Positions 1 to 8,419 of a stretch of 64,000 nt of DNA are shown in pieces. The DNA lies in contig CBFHOG010000005.1 in NCBI GenBank assembly GCA_965657545.1, positions 6,628-70,627 of the forward strand, in the 5' to 3' direction. The notes under the pieces were generated by a model that saw nothing but the letters and a program-made list of their open reading frames with translations, did no database searches and had not been told where the DNA came from. The DNA comes from Flavobacteriaceae bacterium. GTDB taxonomy: Bacteria > Bacteroidota > Bacteroidia > Flavobacteriales > Flavobacteriaceae. A program made the position numbers and the translations under genes. The number at the start of each line of letters is the position of its first letter. The first letter of the stretch is position 1.

Positions 1-356
1 CCACTTGCTCCTAAACCAACAGCCGAACGAATGATGGCGCCAAAATTCCGCACATCGGTGACCCCATCCAAAAGCAAAAAGAGTTGTTGTTGACTGGTGT
101 CAATGATATCCTCAAGCGTGGCAAATTGAATTTCTCCGATGAGTGCCACAAAGCCTTGGTGGTTTTCTTTGGTGTGTTTGTAGAGTTTTTGAGGAGGAAC
201 AAAGGAAAAAGAGATACCTGAACGCATCACTTCGTCTTTTAATTTTTTAAAAACAGGGTTTGTTGTCTCATTATCAATTAAGACTTTTTGAACACGCGAG
301 GGATCCTGTATGGCCTCACGGACGGCATTGATGCCGAAAGCGATTGTATTATTCAT
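1..356 (-). CDS. TrmH/SpoU-family RNA 2'-O-methyltransferase (RlmB-like), N-terminal part; gene runs off the left edge
   Basis: Open minus-strand frame from ATG (354-356) to the window edge. It is absent from the ORF track because it has no stop. My translation is MNNTIAFGINAVREAIQDPSRVQKVLID...LLLDGVTDVRNFGAIIRSAVGLGAS, which carries the SpoU motif-1-like DGVxDxxNxGAIxRSA. Confidence 0.6.
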   Translation of the reverse strand, partial: MNNTIAFGINAVREAIQDPSRVQKVLIDNETTNPVFKKLKDEVMRSGISFSFVPPQKLYKHTKENHQGFVALIGEIQFATLEDIIDTSQQQLFLLLDGVTDVRNFGAIIRSAVGLGAS

Positions 357-391
357 TGGGTGTTAAAAGTAACTAAAAATCGCACTAAAAA

Positions 392-2281
392 TTAAAATAT
401 AATTGTTTTGACACTATATGTTTTTTCAGAATTTCCAGCTAAAATGAAATATATACCACTGTTAATCCCAGTAGTGTTTAATTTGAAAGTAGAAAGATTA
501 TTTATTTTTTCATGCATTAGAATACGACCATTTATGTCAAAAACCTTGTAATATTCTAAAGGTGTATTAGAAATACTTTTTACAATTAATTCTTTTTTGG
601 ATGTACTATTAAGTACAATCAATTCATCTTTTGAGATATTTTTAATCTGATTGCCACTAAGTGTTAAAGGAGTATTTTCAGATAATATTATTGAAAACTT
701 CTGCTCGTTATTATACAATGTGCCTAGATGTGAAATTTCTACGTTAAAAACACCACTTGCATTTTCAATTTCTATTATTTCAATATTATCAACTGAGTTA
801 ACCCCTTTAGTAGCCCATCCGTCACTGGAATATACGCCACCATCATAAAACTTCCACGGGTAATATGAGTTTCCATTTTGGGTTATTTTTACATTTAGGT
901 CATTTACCAAAACAGGCTGATTGTAATCAGGACCTGTTTGTTGATTGCCTGCAGGGTCAGTCCAACAAATCGTGACTTTAAGAGTAGACCCATTTCCTGA
1001 AACGTCAAAATCAATAATACCGTTATTGGGAAGAGTTGTTTCATAAATGTTACTTCCATTTGTGATATATTCCGCAGCAGTTTTAATGTCGATATACCCC
1101 CACCCAGAATCGGGATCTGGCCCCGGCTCTTCAATGTCATAAGCAGTATGACAAACAAGACCTTTTAGTGTTGCCGATCGCATATATTTTTGGTTTAAGT
1201 TGTAGTAGTGCTCCTGTAACAACAAAATTGATCCAGCAACAGAAGGTGAAGCCATAGAGGTCCCGGTGTAATTACCATAATCATCATATGAAAGTGAAGT
1301 GGTAAAAATAGGTGAAATTAATCCGCTTCCATTTCCAGTAATGTCGGGCTTTATTCTTAAGTCATTAGTTGGGCCTTGGCTAGAACTTGGATTTATATTC
1401 AGTAGGTAAAATGTTGGTGTAATATAGCTAATGTCGTTACCATTAGCGACTACCAAATTGTTTTTTGCGTTTTTTTCACCGAGGAGTTTGTCATAATCGG
1501 AGGCCATTCCACCAGAGTATGTCTGCTGACCATTATTCCCTGCCGAGGTAACATGTAAATAATTCGGATACAGATAGAGTATTTCATCAAGATATGCGCA
1601 AGTATCGTCATATGTTCCGAAATAATCTGCTGAAACTGCTAAGTCTCCATTATCTTCAAACCCTGCTGGCCCATAGGAGTGGTTGGATAGTAGCAATCCG
1701 TCTTCAACTTCGGAAAGTTCTTCTGTCCGAACATTATTCCAATCATACGTGATTACCTTGGCTTTTGGAGCCATCCCTTTAGCTTCAGCATATGTGCCGT
1801 TTGCAATGATGGTTCCGGCGACATGGGTGGCGTGGTCATCTGGGTCTTTTCCTTCTTCACCAATGATGATTCTGGAAACATTATTTTCTTTGAATTCCTG
1901 ATGTCCTTCAAAAGCAACACCAGCATCCCACACACCAACAGCTAGATTTTCTCCCTCAAGATTAAGACCAAGTGAACCCCCAGGTTGAACACTATTTGTT
2001 CGATTGGTTTCTGCAGCTTTTAGGTTGTGTGTTTGGTAGTAGATGGGGCCGAAGTTTTTATCTATCCGCATTAATGTAACCTTAGCATTTGCAATGTTAG
2101 GTGCCTTCATGTCTAACAGTTTGACACTATCTATAGCATCATTATTTTTAAGTTCGGCTTCTAATATTTTTGTCTTAAGAGCACGACGCATAACTATTAA
2201 ATCACTATTTTGTTGTGCTAAAGACAAGGAGAAAGAGGTGTTTGCAACAAATAACAATATACACAGTCTCTTTAATTTCAT
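392..2281 (-). CDS. S8 (subtilisin-like) serine peptidase with T9SS C-terminal sorting domain
   Basis: Catalytic boxes VGVWDAG (Asp), DHATHVAGT (His), LSNHSYG (Asn) and GTSMASPSVAG (Ser). P-domain-like WTDP...VNDLNV. C-terminal ~80 aa ends ...GIYFILAGNSEKTYSVKTIIF, typical of a T9SS type-A CTD. Start moved to the ATG at 2281 (MKLKRLCILLFVANTSFSLSLAQQ, signal peptide). Confidence 0.85.
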   Translation of the reverse strand: MKLKRLCILLFVANTSFSLSLAQQNSDLIVMRRALKTKILEAELKNNDAIDSVKLLDMKAPNIANAKVTLMRIDKNFGPIYYQTHNLKAAETNRTNSVQPGGSLGLNLEGENLAVGVWDAGVAFEGHQEFKENNVSRIIIGEEGKDPDDHATHVAGTIIANGTYAEAKGMAPKAKVITYDWNNVRTEELSEVEDGLLLSNHSYGPAGFEDNGDLAVSADYFGTYDDTCAYLDEILYLYPNYLHVTSAGNNGQQTYSGGMASDYDKLLGEKNAKNNLVVANGNDISYITPTFYLLNINPSSSQGPTNDLRIKPDITGNGSGLISPIFTTSLSYDDYGNYTGTSMASPSVAGSILLLQEHYYNLNQKYMRSATLKGLVCHTAYDIEEPGPDPDSGWGYIDIKTAAEYITNGSNIYETTLPNNGIIDFDVSGNGSTLKVTICWTDPAGNQQTGPDYNQPVLVNDLNVKITQNGNSYYPWKFYDGGVYSSDGWATKGVNSVDNIEIIEIENASGVFNVEISHLGTLYNNEQKFSIILSENTPLTLSGNQIKNISKDELIVLNSTSKKELIVKSISNTPLEYYKVFDINGRILMHEKINNLSTFKLNTTGINSGIYFILAGNSEKTYSVKTIIF

Positions 2282-2306
2282 TTTTACACAAGAAAAATTA
2301 TTTCGT

Positions 2307-2942
2307 ATGCGATTCATTTTTATTTCTTTTTTATCAATTTCATTTTACGTTCAGGCTCAAGTTGTTGAAATCCCTGTGGAGTATTTCGTTAATAATCAAA
2401 TAGGTACGAAACAAAAAGCAAGTTATACCGGCAGTCCATACCTATTTGAAAGCTACAAGCCAGCAACAGTAATGTATAAAGATAAGAAGTATGACGTTAA
2501 TATTAGACTAAATGTTTTTAAACAGCAATTTGAAATTCTTCAAGACGGTAAAATAAGGGTACTTAATTCATATTCAAATATGAAAGTTATATTGGAAGAT
2601 TATGCATTTATATGTAAAACTATAAATAACAAAACTATTCCTGTTATTACGTTAGTTAATGGTGTAACTTCTTTATATAAGTTTTTCACCTCTAATTATA
2701 CTCCTTCAAAGCCTTCCACTTCTGGCTATGATAAGCCGCGTTTAGCAAATTATAGTCTTGAAACTCAATATGCATTGGAATTTACCGAAGATGAATTAAT
2801 ATCATTTAAATTAAACAAGAAAAATGTTCAGCGTATATTTTCAAATAATACAGCTGCCTTTGCTTATATAAAAAAAAACAAGCTCAGATTCCGTAAAGAA
2901 TCTGAGCTTGTTGGTTTGTTACAGGAATTGAATTTAAATTAA
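2307..2942 (+). CDS. hypothetical secreted protein (211 aa)
   Basis: The ORF track's 2043..2942 frame was trimmed to the ATG at 2307, giving the signal-peptide-like N-terminus MRFIFISFLSISFYVQAQ. The upstream part overlaps the peptidase gene. I recognise no family motif. Confidence 0.5.
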   Translation: MRFIFISFLSISFYVQAQVVEIPVEYFVNNQIGTKQKASYTGSPYLFESYKPATVMYKDKKYDVNIRLNVFKQQFEILQDGKIRVLNSYSNMKVILEDYAFICKTINNKTIPVITLVNGVTSLYKFFTSNYTPSKPSTSGYDKPRLANYSLETQYALEFTEDELISFKLNKKNVQRIFSNNTAAFAYIKKNKLRFRKESELVGLLQELNLN

Positions 2943-3757
2943 TCCCCTTTTCCGGTATAAGTGATTATGGCACCTGCACCACCACCACTAAATACACCAT
3001 CTGTTAGATTCACTGTAAACTGATCATCACACGCTGAATATGTTCCTGTACCTCCTACATAATATGCTGGGTCACCAGGTATTGGATTCACAGTAACTGT
3101 GAAATCATTATTCAAAGTTATTGTTCCAGGATATACAAATAAACCTGAATAGCTAGCAGCGCCAGTTGCCCAGGCAACAAAATCTGTACCCCACAAAGAA
3201 GATACATAATAAGTATTTGGTCCTGCTTCAACAAATTCTATATCATATCCAGGAAATTCATAACCTCCAAATGCAGTTCCAGTAACGGTATAAGTTTTGC
3301 TTATTTCAGTAGGGCAATCGTTGTCCTGAATAGTCAATTTTACAGATCTCAGTTCGTCATTACCATAAACACCTACATTATCTCCTGTTAAGGCGATAGT
3401 CAAAGTAATGTTGCCATCATTATCTAAGTTATCAACAGGAACAACAGTTATACTTGTTTCGTATGTGTTAGGTTCAAAATAAATTTCTCCATTACTAGGC
3501 GATACGGTATACCTTGAATTATCACTTGATTCTACTGTAAAATTTGCAGTATAACCATCAGTGTTGATCATTGTGCCTAATTGAAATTTAACGGAAGTTC
3601 CAGTTGAGGAATCTTCAGCAATAGAAATAGCACTTGAAGTTTGTAACTGCACGTGACCTCCTTCAAGGGGCTGTAGAACTGATATTTCTTCTTCACAGCT
3701 TACCATTAATATAGCTGCGAAAATCATCATTGTTAATTTTAAATACGTTTTCATCAT
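2939..3757 (-). CDS. surface lipoprotein with Calx-beta-like repeat, SusE/F-position accessory protein of the SusC/SusD locus
   Basis: Lipobox AILMVSC followed by the acidic run EEE. Central segment ...ITVVPVDNLDNDGNITLTIALTGDNVGVYGNDELRSVKLTIQDND resembles a Calx-beta domain. Lies immediately downstream of the SusD gene (15-nt gap). Confidence 0.55.
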   Translation of the reverse strand: MMKTYLKLTMMIFAAILMVSCEEEISVLQPLEGGHVQLQTSSAISIAEDSSTGTSVKFQLGTMINTDGYTANFTVESSDNSRYTVSPSNGEIYFEPNTYETSITVVPVDNLDNDGNITLTIALTGDNVGVYGNDELRSVKLTIQDNDCPTEISKTYTVTGTAFGGYEFPGYDIEFVEAGPNTYYVSSLWGTDFVAWATGAASYSGLFVYPGTITLNNDFTVTVNPIPGDPAYYVGGTGTYSACDDQFTVNLTDGVFSGGGAGAIITYTGKGD

Positions 3758-3772
3758 TATTTGTATTAAATA

Positions 3773-5275
3773 TTAATATCCTGGATTTTGTTGTTCGCGT
3801 AAACCTGGGTTTCCATTAAACTCCACTAAGGGGATAGGTAGCGTAAATCTATAGTCATCAGCATTCATAGAACAGTTTGCAGCTCCAGCTATTTCACAAT
3901 CCATAGCATCCTTAACAGCATTTCTGTTCCCCAAAACTCCAAGTCGTTTTAAGTCTTTATATCGATGACCTTCAAAAGCCAATTCTACTCTTCTCTCATC
4001 TAGTATGACTCCAAAAGCTTCTGTTTTTGTTGCAAATATTGGAGCTGTTGTGTCAGTTCCAAATCGTGCATCACGTAGGGTTTTGATTGTTTGAGCAGCA
4101 GCATCTAAGTTATCTAGACCTGCTTGTGCCTCAGCAACAATAAGTAGCATTTCAGAAGCTCTGAATATTTTGAGATCATTCATAAGCTTTTGTCCTTCAG
4201 ATCCTAAATATTTACCTACATACAATATGTCAGAATTTTTATAATCTGCAGAGTTGGTATAATCCGGATCAACAGTTGAGTTTGGATGCACAATGATATC
4301 GTGACGAACATCATTTTCATCTAGAACATTAAACAATGATCTACTCACCTCAAAATAAGGATCCTCATCGGCACCTTTAAAACAAAAACGAGCACCAGCC
4401 CATCCACCTGCAGTTACAGATCCCATACTTCCTTGTCTGTCATACAAATCTCCAATTGTGCGTTCAAGTTTAAAAATAACCTCTGCATTTGAATCATCTG
4501 CAAACACATCTGGATATTCAGCAACAGTAGCTAGATCATATTTTGTAACTAGTGTGCTCGCAGTACTCAACGCTGTTGCATAGTCTTGTCTGTAAGCAGC
4601 AACGCGTGCTTTAAGCGCCATTACAGCATCTTTTGTAAAGAATGTAACATCTGTAGTGGAATCAGAAATTAATTCCATTGCCTTATTAATATCACTATTA
4701 ATGAGCGCAAATGTTTCTCCATTAGTATTACGAAGCAGTTGTTCACTTAGGCTTGGAACGTAGTCAATGGCAATTACACCCAGTGCATTATCATCAGACA
4801 TGTCTGTTGAGAAGTACGATACTAATTCCGTGTAAGCATATGCTCTAATAGCATGTGCTTGACCTATCAAATCATTCACTTTTGCTTGGTCGATGTTTTC
4901 ACCTACTATTGTTGAAGTAGCTTCAATCATTCTGGAAGCAAAATTCACAATATCGTAGTTACGAGTCCAAAAGTTACTTGACGCTGTACTTCCTGGCGTT
5001 AGCACATAGTTTAGTTGCGCTAATCCTTGACCTCCGCTTGAAGCGCCAACGGCTACTTCATCGGTATAAACTGCACTAAGCGCAATTTCTGGCGTACTGT
5101 CAAGGTTGTTATATAACCAGTAAATACCTGCTTGAATGTCTGCTTCCGTTTGAAATGCAGCGCTAGCATCTAATCGACCAGGCTGATCAATTTCAATGGC
5201 ATCTTTACACCCTACAAAGAGTGTCAGTGCTGATGCTGTAATCAAAAATAAATTCTTGTAATTTTTCATGATCAA
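3773..5275 (-). CDS. SusD/RagB-family outer-membrane lipoprotein
   Basis: Lipobox LFVGC followed by KD. C-terminal SusD signature ERRVELAFEGHRYKDLKR. A 4-nt gap follows the SusC gene. The start may be the third codon (5269). Confidence 0.85.
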   Translation of the reverse strand: MIMKNYKNLFLITASALTLFVGCKDAIEIDQPGRLDASAAFQTEADIQAGIYWLYNNLDSTPEIALSAVYTDEVAVGASSGGQGLAQLNYVLTPGSTASSNFWTRNYDIVNFASRMIEATSTIVGENIDQAKVNDLIGQAHAIRAYAYTELVSYFSTDMSDDNALGVIAIDYVPSLSEQLLRNTNGETFALINSDINKAMELISDSTTDVTFFTKDAVMALKARVAAYRQDYATALSTASTLVTKYDLATVAEYPDVFADDSNAEVIFKLERTIGDLYDRQGSMGSVTAGGWAGARFCFKGADEDPYFEVSRSLFNVLDENDVRHDIIVHPNSTVDPDYTNSADYKNSDILYVGKYLGSEGQKLMNDLKIFRASEMLLIVAEAQAGLDNLDAAAQTIKTLRDARFGTDTTAPIFATKTEAFGVILDERRVELAFEGHRYKDLKRLGVLGNRNAVKDAMDCEIAGAANCSMNADDYRFTLPIPLVEFNGNPGLREQQNPGY

Positions 5276-5279
5276 TTAT

Positions 5280-8200
5280 TTAAAATTTTAAGTTTAGTCC
5301 TAGTGTGAAAGTTTTTGGACTAGGGTAGTCAAGTCCATCTTCATTTCTTGAGAATGGGTCATACCCCCTCCATTCGGTAAGTACAAATAAGTTTTCACCG
5401 TTCACATATACAGAGACGTCATCGAAGCCAATATTTTTAATCGTTTCTTTAGGTAATGAATATGTGAGATTCACAAAACGCAATCCTAAAAAGTCACCGT
5501 TTTTATAAAAGCGATTCGAACTAAACGAATTTACATTTGTTGCATCGAATGAAGGCATATCAGTAATGCGATTTTCTGGCGTCCATGCACGAAGAACATC
5601 ACGGCTAAAGTTAAATGCCCCGATGTTTGAATAATCAACAACATTAGCATAATCTCCATCAAAACGAGTAATACCACCAGAGTAGTTTAACATGGCTTGA
5701 AAATTAAATCCTCTGTAACTTGAATTAATAGTGAATCCACCCTGAAAGTCAGGTGTATTTGAGTTTCCAAGCCAAACACGGTCTGTGTCGGCGTCAGGAG
5801 ATTCTGTTAGTGCCCCATCTTTTGTGTAAAATAATAGATTACCATTTGCAGGATTCACACCAGCATATCGGATGGTGTAGTTTTCATAGATTTGTCCACC
5901 ATTTCTTCCAATACCAATAATAAATCCTGTATCAGAGGGTAAATCTTGAAGCTCATTTTTGTTGTAGTTTCCTACTAAACGAAAACTCAATGCGAAGTCA
6001 CCATTATTTTTAGGTTTAATGAAATCGTAATTTAACGTCACATCAACTCCTTTATTGTAAAGCGTACCCACATTGGCATCAAAGCTGGTAATTGCATTAA
6101 TTGCAGAAACTGGCTTATCTTGAAAAAGATCGCTTGTTTTCTTGTGGTAATAGTCTATTTCACCAGAGAGGCCCCATTTATTGATGGCAAACTCTAAACC
6201 AATATCAGATTGCGTAATGGTTTCCCACCTTAATGTGGTATTGGCCAATTGTGAAATTTGGATAGATGGTAGTCCTTTATACCCAGTTGATGTAGCGTAA
6301 AAGTTCTTTGTTAAATCGGGTGAGGTGAAATAAGAACCTCCGTTAATTCTTTGGTTACCAGCAGTACCATAAGAGGCACGTAATTTAAGGTAATCAAATA
6401 TAGAGTCAGACATAAAATCTTCTTTATCTATATTCCATCTGGCAGCAACAGAACCAAATGTACCCCATTTGTTCGAATCAGCAAATCGGTAAGATGCGTC
6501 TCTTCTATATACGGCAGAGAAACCATACTTGTCAGCAAAGTCGTAATCTAAAGAACCAAAGTAAGAAAACAGACCTGCGTTCAATAAGTTGGCACTTGCA
6601 GTATCAGCATAAACATCATTCGAAGAATTATCACCAATAAAGTATGAACCATCCCCTGGATAGAACGTTTTTAAACTACCTCCTTGTTGAATATATCCCC
6701 AGAACTTATAATGTGATTTAAAATATTCCAAGAAACCAGCAACTGTTACATTGTGTTCACCAAATTTTTGGTCATAAGTCAATGACGTTACTTGGTTAAC
6801 AGAGAACACATTCGTTTGGTCTTGTTCCTGATAAGCATTTGTTCCAATCTCGTCTTCTCCTTCAAAATATGTTGATGACCATCCGTTTGGTGGTTCTGCG
6901 TAGAGCGTTTCTGTACTGGAGTAATCTAAGCCAGTTACTGATCTGAAGGTTACGTTATCGTTGATATCGTAACTTGTATCGAAATTATATACAATTTTTT
7001 GTTCATCTATTTTATTGGTAGTCTTTTGTGCAAGATCCCATAAGATAAGGGGGGTGTACGTTAATACGTTTGGTCCTGATTTACCTGGTGCTAGGTTTTG
7101 TGGATCATTATAATCATAATCGTCCAGTGTAAGGTAGGGTACAGACATCACCGTACCAAAAACTACATTTCGGTTAATCGATCCACTTCCAAGGGATCCA
7201 GGAGAATTTGAAGTGGAATAATTTAGAGTTAAGCTTGAGTTATAACTAAATTTTCCATTTTTCGATCTACCAGAGATATTATTTCTGACGTTAAATCTTT
7301 TTAAGTCAGAAGTGATGATAATCCCCTCAGTATCTTGAAAACCAATGGAAGTATATTGACTGCTGTTAGCTGAACCACTACTTAAAGCAACAGTATGGCT
7401 TTGAGTATTTCCTGCTCTGAAGAAAACATCTCGCCAATCTATTCCTTCAAAAGCGCTAATTTCACTATCATCCAAAGTAAAACCATAACCAGTTTCTTGT
7501 CTTTTTTCAAGAGTAAGGAGTTCTTTGGCATCCATCATATTATAATCGTCCTCATTAAAAAAAGATACTGCTGTATATCCGTTATAGGTTACTTTAAGTG
7601 GCTGATTGTATTCACCTCTTCTGGTGGTTATTAATATAACACCATTAGCTCCGCGGTTTCCGTAAATAGCAGTAGCACCAGCGTCTTTTAAAACTTTAAT
7701 TTCTTCAATCTCCTGAGGGTTAAACGACGCAAACTGATCTTCGTTTATAGGAGTACCATCAAGTAAAATCAAAGGCTCAGTATTACCATTAATAGACCCA
7801 ATACCTCTAATGTTTATGACAGAGTTTGCACCAGGCTGACCAGAGTTAGTAGTGATATCAACACCAGCTATTTGACCCTGCATTGTTTGGATAATACTTG
7901 GATTCGGTCTGTTTTCAATTGTTGACGCATTAATGGTTGAAACAGAAGCAGTTGACTTAACTTTGCTTGATTTTTTATAACCTATAACCTCAACATTGTC
8001 AAGCTCATTTGAGCTTGTTAACGATATGTTTAGGTTTGTTCCATTTACATTAACTTCAAATTTGTCATACCCTACATAACTTACTACAAGCACGTCTCCG
8101 TTTGCAGCAGCAATAGAATAGTTACCATCAAAGTCGGCAGTAGTTGCCGTTGAAGTTCCTTTTACCACAACTGTAGCTCCAGGAAGTGGCAGACCATCAG

Positions 8201-8297
8201 CGTCTGTAACAGTTCCTGTAACGGTTTGTTGTGCTAAAGCAACTTGAAACACCATCACAATAGACAATGTTAAAATTTGAATAAATTTAGTTTTCAT
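5280..8297 (-). CDS. SusC/RagA-family TonB-dependent outer-membrane transporter
   Basis: Signal peptide MKTKFIQILTLSIVMVFQVALAQQ. CarboxypepD_reg-like TVTGTVTDADGLPLPGATVVVKGT. Plug motif AIYGNRGANGVILITTRRG. Roughly 1000-aa barrel ending in ...LNLKF. Start moved to the ATG at 8297. Confidence 0.9.
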   Translation of the reverse strand: MKTKFIQILTLSIVMVFQVALAQQTVTGTVTDADGLPLPGATVVVKGTSTATTADFDGNYSIAAANGDVLVVSYVGYDKFEVNVNGTNLNISLTSSNELDNVEVIGYKKSSKVKSTASVSTINASTIENRPNPSIIQTMQGQIAGVDITTNSGQPGANSVINIRGIGSINGNTEPLILLDGTPINEDQFASFNPQEIEEIKVLKDAGATAIYGNRGANGVILITTRRGEYNQPLKVTYNGYTAVSFFNEDDYNMMDAKELLTLEKRQETGYGFTLDDSEISAFEGIDWRDVFFRAGNTQSHTVALSSGSANSSQYTSIGFQDTEGIIITSDLKRFNVRNNISGRSKNGKFSYNSSLTLNYSTSNSPGSLGSGSINRNVVFGTVMSVPYLTLDDYDYNDPQNLAPGKSGPNVLTYTPLILWDLAQKTTNKIDEQKIVYNFDTSYDINDNVTFRSVTGLDYSSTETLYAEPPNGWSSTYFEGEDEIGTNAYQEQDQTNVFSVNQVTSLTYDQKFGEHNVTVAGFLEYFKSHYKFWGYIQQGGSLKTFYPGDGSYFIGDNSSNDVYADTASANLLNAGLFSYFGSLDYDFADKYGFSAVYRRDASYRFADSNKWGTFGSVAARWNIDKEDFMSDSIFDYLKLRASYGTAGNQRINGGSYFTSPDLTKNFYATSTGYKGLPSIQISQLANTTLRWETITQSDIGLEFAINKWGLSGEIDYYHKKTSDLFQDKPVSAINAITSFDANVGTLYNKGVDVTLNYDFIKPKNNGDFALSFRLVGNYNKNELQDLPSDTGFIIGIGRNGGQIYENYTIRYAGVNPANGNLLFYTKDGALTESPDADTDRVWLGNSNTPDFQGGFTINSSYRGFNFQAMLNYSGGITRFDGDYANVVDYSNIGAFNFSRDVLRAWTPENRITDMPSFDATNVNSFSSNRFYKNGDFLGLRFVNLTYSLPKETIKNIGFDDVSVYVNGENLFVLTEWRGYDPFSRNEDGLDYPSPKTFTLGLNLKF

Positions 8298-8419
8298 AAT
8301 TAAATTGATTGTTAGCAATTCCAAATATGTTAAATAATTGTTAATTAACCAAAAAATAATAACGTATTTACAGTATTATCATTTAAAAACTGTCTTTATA
8401 TGGGTAATAAACTTAAATG

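Noticed and set aside
2043-2306. 5' extensions of ORF-track frames: 2043-2306, 2282-2317, 8298-8324, 17035-17211, 21603-21701, 26876-26920, 31613-31681, 34288-34374, 39800-39820, 43987-44064, 60416-60445 and 62231-62263.
   Set aside because: Each extension overlaps the neighbouring gene or uses a non-ATG start. In each case an internal ATG gives the expected conserved N-terminus or a signal peptide.
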